A stretch of DNA of 44,265 nucleotides from Candidatus Bathyarchaeia archaeon (GTDB taxonomy: Archaea > Thermoproteota > Bathyarchaeia > 40CM-2-53-6). The stretch is from positions 1 to 44,265 of the forward strand of contig JBEKSC010000024.1 of NCBI GenBank assembly GCA_049517415.1, written 5' to 3'. Positions within the stretch are counted from its first letter, which is position 1. Every line of letters begins with the position of its first letter. A program made the position numbers and the translations under genes. Shown one piece after another: positions 28,257-36,871 of the stretch. The notes under the pieces were generated by a model that worked only from the letters and a program-made list of their open reading frames with translations, searched no databases and was not told where the DNA came from.

Positions 28257-28742
28257 TTGGCAACTAGATTGAGACATGTGAGACATCAAAGAGGCTCCAG
28301 AACCCATGGCTGGGGCACTTCGGGCCAACACAGGGGAAGCGGAATGCGTGGCGGTTCAGGGATAACCGGTAGGTACCGTCACAAGAGGTCGCGCCTCATA
28401 AGAACCGGCGAGTATTCCCACATGCACTACGCCGGCAAGAAAGGTTTCACCTCGGTCGCTGAGATGAAGCCTCGTGGAAGAAGGCTCAACCTTTGGCAAC
28501 TATCGGAACTGGCTGACAAGCTAGTGGCCGGAGGGAAGGCCCCGCCTGCGGGCGAGAAAGTTATCCTTGATTTGAAGGAGCTTGGCTTCAAGAAGCTACT
28601 CGGTACTGGGGCAATTTCACGGGCGGTCCAAGTGAAAGTAGACGAGTGTTCCGAAAGTGCCCTCAAGAAGATAAGAGAAGCTGGCGGAGAGGCCGTCCTC
28701 GTGGCTAAAGCTAAAGCTACCTCAACCCCGCCCAAAAAGTGA
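28257..28742 (+). CDS. rpl15: 50S ribosomal protein uL15
   Basis: RGSRTHGWG..QHR, GKKGF, KLLGTG. Confidence 0.97.
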   Translation: MATRLRHVRHQRGSRTHGWGTSGQHRGSGMRGGSGITGRYRHKRSRLIRTGEYSHMHYAGKKGFTSVAEMKPRGRRLNLWQLSELADKLVAGGKAPPAGEKVILDLKELGFKKLLGTGAISRAVQVKVDECSESALKKIREAGGEAVLVAKAKATSTPPKK

Positions 28743-28748
28743 CGTTGA

Positions 28749-30167
28749 ATGGTCCGGTTTATCGAACTCTTCAAACCAATTGCCAGATTCTTCCCGGACA
28801 TCAAACCCCCCGACAGAAAAGTCGCTTTTAACGAGAAGATCTTTTGGACGGCCATCGCACTCATAATCTACTTCGTAATGGCCCAAGTTCCATTGTACGG
28901 GATAGGGACAGCTGGCCTCAACGACCCACTCGGTTCACTCAGGGTGATCTTTGCATCCAACCGAGGGACGCTCATGGAGCTCGGCATCGGCCCAATTGTA
29001 ACAGCCGGTTTGATTCTGCAAGTGTTGGCTGGGTCGAAGATGGTGAACATTGACATGAGTAACGCAGAAGACCGGTCGCTGTTCACTAGCGCTAGCAAGA
29101 TTCTCTCGGTGGTCATGACCGTGTTCGAGGCATCGGCCTACATAATCGGGGGCACCTACGGTGCGTTACCAGTGACGACTGAAATCGTGGTGATGTTGCA
29201 ACTGGTTGGTGCGGGCCTCATCGTCCTCCTCCTCGACGAACTCCTCCAGAAAGGCTGGGGGCTGGGAAGCGGCATCAGCCTGTTCATAGCCGCCGGCGTC
29301 GCTTCTACCATATGGTGGGACTCGGTTGCACCAATGGGGCCTATGGCTGATGGCAAATACCTCGGGGCCGTTGTAGCATTCGCACAAGGCGTACTTAGCA
29401 GGCAAAGCATTACTCGCGTCCTCTCCCGCACAGGCGGCCTCCCAGACATGGTTGCCTTCATGACAACGCTCGGCATCTTCGCAATAATCATCTACTTCAA
29501 CGGCATGCGCGTTGAAATCCCAGTGTCATACGCCAGGTACAGAGGATTCCGCGGAAAATTCCCGTTGAAGCTCTTCTACGTCTCAAACATACCCGTCATC
29601 TTCGCAGCAGCCCTCTTCGGAAACATCTATTTCATTTCGCAATTGCTTTGGCAAAGATACAACAGCACTAACAGCAATTTCTGGTTCAACCTCCTCGGCA
29701 CTTTCACCACGCAGGGCACCCAGTACCAACCTTCAGGCGGGCTGGTTTACTACGTCGTCCCCCCCAACAACCTCTCCCTGGCAATGGCGGAGCCGCTTCG
29801 AGCATTGGTCTACGCAATCCTCCTCATCATCGGTTGCGTTTTCTTCGCAGTAACATGGGTTGAGGTAGGCGGAATGGATGCGAGAACGGTTGCAAAGCAA
29901 CTTCTCGACTCGGGTATGCAGATTGAAGGCTTTAGACGATCCGAGGTTCCCATACGGCAGTTGCTTGAGCGCTATATCCCGACGGTTACGATCCTCGGCG
30001 CAATCTTAATCGGAGCCATAGCCGCAGGTGCAGACTTCCTCGGAGCGTTCGGATCTGGTACCGGCATTCTGCTAACCGTTGGCATCATTGAGCAGTATTA
30101 CCAGATCTTTGTGCAGGAACGAATCACGGAACTGTACCCTGCTGCAAGAGGATTCCTGGGTGAGTGA
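28749..30167 (+). CDS. secY: Preprotein translocase SecY
   Basis: LMELGIGPIVTAG, KGWGLGSGISLFI, YVSNIPVI, GSGTGILL. Confidence 0.98.
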   Translation: MVRFIELFKPIARFFPDIKPPDRKVAFNEKIFWTAIALIIYFVMAQVPLYGIGTAGLNDPLGSLRVIFASNRGTLMELGIGPIVTAGLILQVLAGSKMVNIDMSNAEDRSLFTSASKILSVVMTVFEASAYIIGGTYGALPVTTEIVVMLQLVGAGLIVLLLDELLQKGWGLGSGISLFIAAGVASTIWWDSVAPMGPMADGKYLGAVVAFAQGVLSRQSITRVLSRTGGLPDMVAFMTTLGIFAIIIYFNGMRVEIPVSYARYRGFRGKFPLKLFYVSNIPVIFAAALFGNIYFISQLLWQRYNSTNSNFWFNLLGTFTTQGTQYQPSGGLVYYVVPPNNLSLAMAEPLRALVYAILLIIGCVFFAVTWVEVGGMDARTVAKQLLDSGMQIEGFRRSEVPIRQLLERYIPTVTILGAILIGAIAAGADFLGAFGSGTGILLTVGIIEQYYQIFVQERITELYPAARGFLGE

Positions 30168-30170
30168 GCG

Positions 30171-30767
30171 CTGTCCCGAACCGTCGTAGTAACCGGCATA
30201 CCCGGAGTAGGAAAAACCACCGTCCTAAACGAACTGCAGGACCTCGCGAAACAAAACAAGTTCAACCTAACCGTCCTCAATTATGGGACAATAATGAACG
30301 AAATCATGCGTGACCTTGGAAAAGACCTTCACCGCGACAAGATGAGGGAGCAGAGCATAGACGCGCAGAAGAAGGTTCAGGAACTTGCAGCCAGCGAAAT
30401 CGCTAACCGCGCGGGCCAGAGGACTGTAGTGGTAGATACCCACATGTTCGTTCGGACGGGGGCTGGGATGTGGGCGGGACTTCCGCAGAATGTGTTAGAA
30501 AAACTCGGCCCGCGACTTCTCGTCTTGGTTGAGGCAGACCCAGGCCAAATTGCCGCAAGGCGCATGGGAGACGCGAGCAGGATGAGGGAGAAGGCTGTGG
30601 CGGAGGAGATCTCGTTCGACCTTGAGTGGTCCCGCGCAACGGCTGCGGCCTCAGCGGTCGCGACGGGTTCACCTGTTAAGGTTATAAGAAATGATGAGGG
30701 TAAGCAGAAGCAAGCGGCCCAGGAGCTGTTTGAGACGATTCGAAGCATAATGGAGGCACAAGCTTGA
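30171..30767 (+). CDS. adkA: Adenylate kinase (archaeal type), CTG start
   Basis: P-loop VVVTGIPGVGKTT lies upstream of the tracked ATG (30294) in the same frame; an in-frame TGA at 30165 bounds the frame; VDTH motif. Confidence 0.92.
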   Translation: MSRTVVVTGIPGVGKTTVLNELQDLAKQNKFNLTVLNYGTIMNEIMRDLGKDLHRDKMREQSIDAQKKVQELAASEIANRAGQRTVVVDTHMFVRTGAGMWAGLPQNVLEKLGPRLLVLVEADPGQIAARRMGDASRMREKAVAEEISFDLEWSRATAAASAVATGSPVKVIRNDEGKQKQAAQELFETIRSIMEAQA

Positions 30768-31270
30768 GTTTCATAGATACTATAATCGCGTGGGTCGCCT
30801 CCGCAATCCAACCTTACAGTGCTATCCCCCAGTCCACGTTACTCACGATTGGGATCGCCTTAGCGCTCGGCCTCACATCATCGACGGCAGCGAAACTTCT
30901 CGTGGACTATAACATGGTCAGGAATACTATGAAGGAAGTTTCGGCTTGGAGGAAACAGATGGACAATGCGAAGAAAGCTAAAGATGAGCAGACGCTGTCA
31001 AAACTCATGAAGAAGAGCCAAGCAATGATGAAGGCTCAATCGAGAGCGAGTATGGAACAGATGAAAGTCACCGCAGTGACCTTCGTCCCATTCCTGCTGA
31101 TATGGTACCTGATCAACCACGTCCTCGGAGGGCACATCGTAGCCATCGCACCCTACCCCCTCCCAATAATCGGCACGCAGTTATCCTTCTTCTACTGGTA
31201 TTTCCTAAGCTCATTCGCAGTGAACTTCCCGATCATGAGGCTCTTCGGGATAGGAATGAGTGAGAACTAA
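30764..31270 (+). CDS. DUF106 / EMC3-TMCO1 (Oxa1 superfamily) membrane insertase
   Basis: TM-coiled coil-TM, WYFLSS motif, conserved position after adk. Confidence 0.9.
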   Translation: MSFIDTIIAWVASAIQPYSAIPQSTLLTIGIALALGLTSSTAAKLLVDYNMVRNTMKEVSAWRKQMDNAKKAKDEQTLSKLMKKSQAMMKAQSRASMEQMKVTAVTFVPFLLIWYLINHVLGGHIVAIAPYPLPIIGTQLSFFYWYFLSSFAVNFPIMRLFGIGMSEN

Positions 31271-31531
31271 TTGCCGAGACGTGCCCTTCGGAATCGAAAC
31301 GTGAAACGGAAGACCCTGCAAGTTCCAGGCGGCAGGGCCACAATCCACTACAGAAGAAAACGCTACTCCGGCGGCAGATGTTCGTCATGCGGCCTCCCCC
31401 TTCGAGGCGTCCCCTCGAGTTCAACACGAGGCCTAGCTAAATCCTCACGGCGCCCGTCGAGGCCGTTCGCCGGCGTCTTATGCCACGCCTGCCTACGAGA
31501 AAAGGTTCGCCAAGGAACCCGAGTCGGATAA
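31271..31531 (+). CDS. rpl34e: 50S ribosomal protein eL34
   Basis: PGG, CxxCG..LRG, RPSRPFAGVLCHAC. Confidence 0.95.
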   Translation: MPRRALRNRNVKRKTLQVPGGRATIHYRRKRYSGGRCSSCGLPLRGVPSSSTRGLAKSSRRPSRPFAGVLCHACLREKVRQGTRVG

Positions 31532-31572
31532 CGCTTTAAGCGTCAAGCCAGGCCATTGTTTGTGGCTTCAAA

Positions 31573-32673
31573 TTGGCTTTTTCTCTTCGTAAGCTCAGCC
31601 CCGTTCTCGTCTTCACGATCATATCCTCCGCATTCGTCGGCGTCACTTTGGTAGGCTCACCCGTGCCTCCCGTGCGGGCGTGTAACACGTGCAACTTCCT
31701 GCTCACCTGGGGATCCCCAGGTGCCGGTAACGGCCAATTCAGCATTCCGGATGGTGTCGCCGTTGATTCCTCGGGGAACGTGTACGTAGCCGACTACCAA
31801 AATAGTCGTGTTGAGAAATTTACGAGCACGGGTACCTACGTTACCGCGTGGGGTTGCACCAATGCTGGAAACGGCTGTTCTTCTGGTGGTTCTGGTAATG
31901 GCCAATTCAGCGGGCCGTGGGGTCTTGCTGTTGATTCCGCGGGGAACGTGTACGTAGCCGACTCCGGCAATAATCGTGTTGAGAAGTTCACGGGCACGGG
32001 CACTTACGTTACTCAATGGGGATGCGTGAGTCCTAGTGCTAGTTTTCCTGCTTGCCCCGCTAGTTCGACTAACGGCCAGTTCAACGATCCGAATGGTGTT
32101 GCTGTCGATTCCGCGGGAAACGTGTACGTGGTCGACACGTACAATAATCGTGTTGAGAAGTTCACGAGCAGTGGTACTTTCATTCTAACGTGGGGTTCGT
32201 TGGGTTCTGGTAAGGGCCAATTCTACCATCCGGAGAGTGTTGGTGCTGATTCCTCGGGGAACGTTTACGTAACCGACATCGGTTCCTACATTGGAAACCG
32301 GTGGCAAATTGGGGGTAGTGTTGAGAAGTTTGGCGACTCATCGTCATCGATAACATCGTCTTCCACGACACAACTAACATCAACTAGTGTGTCGAGCACC
32401 AATCCAACCTCGATCAGTACCTCTGCGACATCAGCCAACGTTAACCCACAAGTTTTTTCGGCTGCAAATCTGACCACTCTCGTGTTTGTTGCTATCGCAA
32501 TAGCCGCGTTAGTAGCACTCGCGTTCGTGGGGATCTTCTTGTCGTTTAGGAGAAGAGGTCCCAGAGGAACTGCGACTCCTACATATGGCATGCCCACGTT
32601 TTGCAGTTCGTGTGGTAGCCCACTCGGAGAGTTTGACCGTTTCTGCGATAGATGTGGTGCGTCCCGATCCTAG
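31573..32673 (+). CDS. Secreted NHL-repeat protein with S/T linker, TM anchor and cytoplasmic Zn ribbon
   Basis: Four GQF..P.GVAVDS.GNVYV.D..N.RVEKF repeats; S/T stretch; TM; FCSSCG...FCDRCG. Confidence 0.9.
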   Translation: MAFSLRKLSPVLVFTIISSAFVGVTLVGSPVPPVRACNTCNFLLTWGSPGAGNGQFSIPDGVAVDSSGNVYVADYQNSRVEKFTSTGTYVTAWGCTNAGNGCSSGGSGNGQFSGPWGLAVDSAGNVYVADSGNNRVEKFTGTGTYVTQWGCVSPSASFPACPASSTNGQFNDPNGVAVDSAGNVYVVDTYNNRVEKFTSSGTFILTWGSLGSGKGQFYHPESVGADSSGNVYVTDIGSYIGNRWQIGGSVEKFGDSSSSITSSSTTQLTSTSVSSTNPTSISTSATSANVNPQVFSAANLTTLVFVAIAIAALVALAFVGIFLSFRRRGPRGTATPTYGMPTFCSSCGSPLGEFDRFCDRCGASRS

Positions 32674-32939
32674 TTGCCCTCAACTCAACGAGGATGATCT
32701 CTCCCCCCGTGCCTGGTTAGATCTATAATTTCTTGTTTGATGTATTAGGGCACTTTGAGTTCGTAGCCTTGTTCCCAATTGTAGGCATCTAGAATGAATA
32801 ATTCCCGCATCTCCAATACGCAGAGGAGAGTTAGTGAGTTTCCGACCGTACAACCGCTAAGACCATTACTTCGAAGATCTCATTTTGCGTAAATCAGCGT
32901 AGTTGGGGATGGGGTGGTTCATTGAGTCATAAGGGGACC

Positions 32940-33488
32940 ATGAAAGGCTATATTGTCACTGTGAGCGGCCCCCATGGAACAGGCAAGTCGACTTACGCAA
33001 AAGCCCTCGCAGAAGCTTTGGGATTACGTTACGTCTGCGCAGGCGAATTGTTTAGGGCGCTGGCGAAAGAAAGAAACGTCTCCCTCGAGGCCTTCAGCAG
33101 CTTTGCAGCCAAGGATCCAGCAATAGACAAGCTGATCGATGAGCGGACCAAGACCGAAGCCAAGAAGGGTGGCACTGTAATCGACGCCCAGCTCGGCGCC
33201 TGGATGCTGAAGGACGTTGCGGACGTCAAGGTACTCATGGTCGCACCCGATGAAGTACGATTCAAAAGAATAGCTGAAAGAGACTGCACCTCACTCGAGT
33301 CTGCGAAGAAGGAAACAATAGCCCGCGAAGAAATACAGAAACAGCGCTACAAGAAATACTACGGAATCGACGTGGACGACCTAAGCATTTACGATATTAA
33401 GATAGACACGAGCCCGTACTCAGTTGAACAAACCAAGTCCCTTGTTATCAAAGAAGTACGAAACCTTCTCGCCAAGAAAGCAACTTGA
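32940..33488 (+). CDS. cmk: Cytidylate kinase
   Basis: VSGPHGTGKST, AGELFR, RYKKYYGID; conserved position before rpl14e. Confidence 0.93.
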   Translation: MKGYIVTVSGPHGTGKSTYAKALAEALGLRYVCAGELFRALAKERNVSLEAFSSFAAKDPAIDKLIDERTKTEAKKGGTVIDAQLGAWMLKDVADVKVLMVAPDEVRFKRIAERDCTSLESAKKETIAREEIQKQRYKKYYGIDVDDLSIYDIKIDTSPYSVEQTKSLVIKEVRNLLAKKAT

Positions 33489-33564
33489 ACAAACACCCGC
33501 CGATGGGCTACCCTTATTTATTGCCCTCGAATCTACAGCGACGAACAAACCCCGGTGAATCATA

Positions 33565-33861
33565 ATGCCAAGCATGGAAGTCGGCCGAATCTGCGTAAAA
33601 CTCGTAGGCCGCGAAACCGGAAGAAAATGCGTAGTCGTGGACGTGGTCGACAAAAACTTCGTCCTAATCACGGGCCCCAAATCCGTCACGGGCGTCAGGC
33701 GTAGGAGAACCAACGTAGACCATCTAGAGCCCACGCCCGAAAGCGTCGAGGTAAAGAAGGGAGCGGCGGACGATGAGGTCGAGAAGGCGTTAACGAAGGA
33801 TAAGAAAACGAAGTTCATGAAAGAAGAGCTCCTGCCCACGATGAAGCCGGCAGCAAGCTGA
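33565..33861 (+). CDS. rpl14e: 50S ribosomal protein eL14
   Basis: EVGRICVKLVGRETG, GVRRRRTNVDHLEP. Confidence 0.96.
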   Translation: MPSMEVGRICVKLVGRETGRKCVVVDVVDKNFVLITGPKSVTGVRRRRTNVDHLEPTPESVEVKKGAADDEVEKALTKDKKTKFMKEELLPTMKPAAS

Positions 33862-33992
33862 CCCCCTAAGATTCCAGTTCAGATAGCCTACTCCGCCTGA
33901 TGCCGAAGCAGGCGGGTGAACAGGCGTCCTTCGTTTGACCTGCGCGTTTTACTTTCCTTAATAGCACCAAAGAAGTATGAGGCTGCGAAGAG

Positions 33993-35010
33993 GTGAAACG
34001 TTTGCAGACCGTCATGCCTTGGGCTGTTACTCGAGAACTGGTTGCGAAAACGGACGACGTGACCGACCCGCGTTATGGTTTCAGGCCCGAAGATAGGCCG
34101 ATGACACTTCGAATCAAGTACGGCATTATCAACTTGGATAAGCCTGCGGGGCCTTCGAGCCATGAAGTGGTGGCTTGGATTAAGCGCATGATGAAATTGT
34201 CCCACGCTGGCCACGGTGGAACCCTAGAGACCTAACCGTCGGGGTAATCCGAAGGTGACCGGCGTCCTACCCGTAGCGCTAGAGGAAGCTACGAAAGTTG
34301 TTCAGGGCTTTCTCTACTCGGGCAAGGAATACGTGTGCGCGATGCAAATTCACGCCGACATTCCAGAGGCTACTGTTCGTGATGTGTTACGCCAATTCGA
34401 GGGTGAGATCTACCAGAAGCCACCGCTTAGGGCGTCTGTGAAACGAGAGCCGAGGAAACGTTTCATCTACCAACTCAACGTGCACGAGGTTCAAGGGCGA
34501 ACGGTACTGTTCACGTGCTCATGCCAGGCCGGGACGTACATTCGCAAGCTGTGCTCGGATGTTGGTCAGGTCTTCGGTTGCGGTGCCCACATGCGGGAGC
34601 TCAGGAGGACCCGTGCGGGGCCGTTCAGCGAAAATGATGGAATTGTGAACTTGCATGAGTTGAGTGCTGCGCAATCCGATTTCGAGGCCGGCAACGAAGC
34701 ACCGCTGCGAAAAATACTCAGGCCCATGGAGGTAGCGCTCACCGCGCTTCCGCACATTGTAATTCGTGATACCGCGGTGGATGCGATTTGCCACGGAGCA
34801 GAATTAGCTTTGCCCGGGATTGTGAAGTTGGATTCGGCGATTGAACGCACTAAGTTCGTTGCGGTGTTTACGTTGAAGGGGGAAGGGGTCGCGTTGGGGC
34901 GCGCCTTGATGACGTCTAGGGAAATGCTTGACCAGGAGAAGGGGATTGCCGTGAAGACTGAGCGGGTTATCATGGATCGGGGGACCTACCCAGCCTCGTG
35001 GAAGCACTAA
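33993..35010 (+). CDS. cbf5: H/ACA RNA-guided pseudouridine synthase Cbf5, interrupted by a 19-nt intron (exons 33993-34227, 34247-35010)
   Basis: LDKPAGPSSHEV; splicing restores GHGGTL-D-PKVTGVLP; GTYIRKL and PUA domain. Confidence 0.95.
34228..34246 (+). other. BHB intron in cbf5 pre-mRNA
   Basis: CCCT AG|A GAC CTAACC GTC GGGG TA|A T; splits the catalytic Asp codon G/AT; contains an in-frame TAA. Confidence 0.9.
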
Positions 35011-35071
35011 TTCTACGGGCTCCTAGAGAGCAAGATGCCTAGCACATGTTATGTGTGCCCGCGGCCTGCGT

Positions 35072-35146
35072 GCGCACGCTTGGAAGACCCCCTAGGGGGG
35101 TGGTGCACTTTTTGGGGTCAGACAGGCCTGATTTTGCAACCTTTCC
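35072..35146. repeat. 75-bp direct repeat copy 1 with internal palindromes
   Basis: Differs from 36728-36803 by 5 substitutions + 1 indel; contains CCCCCTAGGGGG and GTGCAC. Confidence 0.9.
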
Positions 35147-35160
35147 CGCCGCACGCTAGA

Positions 35161-35211
35161 CTGCGTGCGCACGTTTTTGGCGAGGGGCGTGGGTGGTGTA
35201 GTTTTGTGGGG
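35161..35211. repeat. Degenerate partial copy of the same repeat
   Basis: CTGCGTGCGCACG..TTGG...GGGTGGTG.A.TTTT.TGGGG. Confidence 0.6.
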
Positions 35212-35363
35212 AGAACATGTTTCTTTGCTGCGTTTGTGATTAGTGGCGGTGAAGGAATGCGCGCAGGGGGAGTTGGTTTGCGCCCAGTTTTGTTGTTCTC
35301 AAGAAGGCTTCATTAAGCAACAATTAAAGCGATGAAAGGGAATCGTCAAGTAAGGATACTACA

Positions 35364-35594
35364 ATGCCTTACTCAAAGATAACCAGTAAGGGGCAGATGA
35401 CGATTCCGCTAGATGCCCGAAAGAAGTACGGCCTGGAGGACGGTTCAATAGTTATGGTTGAGGAAGTTAAGGAAGGCTTGCTTCTGAAGCGAGCCCCTGA
35501 TATTATCACGTCCGCTGGAACCCTGTCAGAACTCGCTGACGCAGAAGATGTTATCGAAGGTTTGCTTAAGTCAAGACGTAAAGCATTTCGCTGA
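35364..35594 (+). CDS. AbrB/MazE/SpoVT family antitoxin (VapB-like)
   Basis: SKITSKGQMTIP..ARKKYGLEDG. Confidence 0.9.
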   Translation: MPYSKITSKGQMTIPLDARKKYGLEDGSIVMVEEVKEGLLLKRAPDIITSAGTLSELADAEDVIEGLLKSRRKAFR

Positions 35595-35605
35595 GGTAAA
35601 GCGGT

Positions 35606-35833
35606 CTGATAGTCGCCCTTGACACTACGTTCTTCGCTTTACATTACTTCTCTCGGGACCCTAGCGTGTTGGAGAATAGAAAGGCCGTCATTAGATCATG
35701 CCGAAGGCTATGGAATCGGGTTTTGGTCCCCGTCATCGTGCTTGCGGAATTCTACGCTTTGGCCCGGAAGAAGGGATGCTCCATTCTACTCGTAAATCCG
35801 TTTTCTCAGATCAACATCGTAGAGAATGATTAG
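35606..35833 (+). pseudogene. Truncated PIN-domain (VapC) toxin
   Basis: Hand translation from CTG after a GAGGT RBS: LIVALDTTFF...VLVPVIVLAEFYALARKKG; after ~57 codons it runs into the antisense end of relE. Confidence 0.7.
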
Positions 35834-36040
35834 TTTTCTGTCTTCGTCAACTTTGTAGATGATCCGGTATTTTCCAACCCTGTCCTTCCAATATCCCGCA
35901 AGTGCACCAACCAACTTGAGTCCCAGGTACGGATTCTCACTCAACTCCGTGACACGGCGCCTAACCCTGAGCCTTACGTCTCTAGGTAGACGGCGAAACT
36001 GCTTCACGAATTCGCGTAGAAAGGCTACCGCGTAGCTCAA
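35786..36040 (-). CDS. RelE/ParE family toxin
   Basis: F...FRRLP, LSENPY.G.KL.G.L.GYWKDRVGKYRIIY, RKRIYE. Confidence 0.9.
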   Translation of the reverse strand: MSYAVAFLREFVKQFRRLPRDVRLRVRRRVTELSENPYLGLKLVGALAGYWKDRVGKYRIIYKVDEDRKLIILYDVDLRKRIYE

Positions 36041-36282
36041 GTTGACAGGACCCTACGGATTTCCCGCGGTCCCTTGGCGACCACGTACTGCATGCGTTTG
36101 TACTGTCTTTCACCAAGCTTGATTCTGCGCATTGTCTTCTTGTCCAGTAGAACTTCCAGCGTCTCAAGAAGTTCGGCGAACCTGACCGACGCTCGATACA
36201 TCTCTTCAACAACATCCTTGGGCAATCTGATAGTTTGTGTACTTGCAACCAAATTTGTTCGCGACATGATAGCTGCCGCCAC
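36037..36282 (-). CDS. Putative antitoxin of the RelE toxin
   Basis: ELLETLEVLLDKKTMRRI; TTGA stop/start overlap with relE. Confidence 0.75.
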   Translation of the reverse strand: MAAAIMSRTNLVASTQTIRLPKDVVEEMYRASVRFAELLETLEVLLDKKTMRRIKLGERQYKRMQYVVAKGPREIRRVLST

Positions 36283-36421
36283 TATATCTAGTCTTACCTA
36301 GGTACGTTACCTGTTCAAGTCTACTGGCGTCTTGTCTTCCTATCAAGATGATGAGCGTACACGGTAAACCAATTCATGCGATCCTTACCATGGCAGGGAA
36401 AGAGTTGGAGGAGCAGGGTGA

Positions 36422-36607
36422 ATGGATGCTGGAGCGAACCATCGCACAGCCTACGGCTTGGCAAAGATGTTTCTAAGGAGAAATGGAAAACGACTAAGGG
36501 TAGATGACTTCAAAAACGCATATCCGTTTATAAAGAACGTTGGAGCTAAAAGTATCCGAGAAATTCAAGAGTGGATAGAGCATGGCGCGTCCGAAGAATC
36601 CGAATGA
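36422..36607 (+). pseudogene. Fic/Doc toxin C-terminal remnant
   Basis: GANHRTAY...MFLRRNG...IQEWI resembles the Doc 'GNxRTA...FL..NG...WL' pattern; the catalytic HPF part is missing. Confidence 0.5.
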
Positions 36608-36695
36608 AGCACTGATTAGAGAAATCATCGAAGAGGATTTGCCGCTCTTTCAGATGCTCGCCACTAACGGCAAAGGCAAGTCTCAGGAAAAGTAG
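36582..36695 (+). CDS. Small peptide, possible Doc-associated antitoxin (37 aa)
   Basis: MARPKNPNEALIREIIEEDLPLFQMLA...; overlaps the end of the Doc remnant. Confidence 0.4.
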   Translation: MARPKNPNEALIREIIEEDLPLFQMLATNGKGKSQEK

Positions 36696-36727
36696 CCGTT
36701 CTGATTTTGCGACTCTTCAAGCCGCGC

Positions 36728-36803
36728 GCGCACGTTTGGAAGACCCCCTAGGGGGGGTGGTGCACTTTTTGGGGTCCGACGGGGCTGATTTTGTAACCTT
36801 TCC
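36728..36803. repeat. 76-bp direct repeat copy 2
   Basis: Near-identical to 35072-35146; preceded by a partial 3' half (CTGATTTTGC, 36701). Confidence 0.9.
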
Positions 36804-36871
36804 TTTACTACTTATGCCCCGCGCAGCTATTCTGCAACCCCAATTATTCGTAAGACTAGTGGTGACGCGAT

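Noticed and set aside
16906..30811. Numerous antisense ORFs across ribosomal protein genes
   Set aside because: Shadows of well-identified genes with no independent motifs
33993..35010. cbf5 as two genes, a pseudogene or a sequencing frameshift
   Set aside because: The 19-nt insert forms a BHB at the known intron site, and precise removal restores the catalytic motif
35072..36803. CRISPR array or classical integron attC sites
   Set aside because: The repeats are too long and too few with no regular spacers and no cas genes; no RYYYAAC/GTTRRRY ends and no integrase are visible
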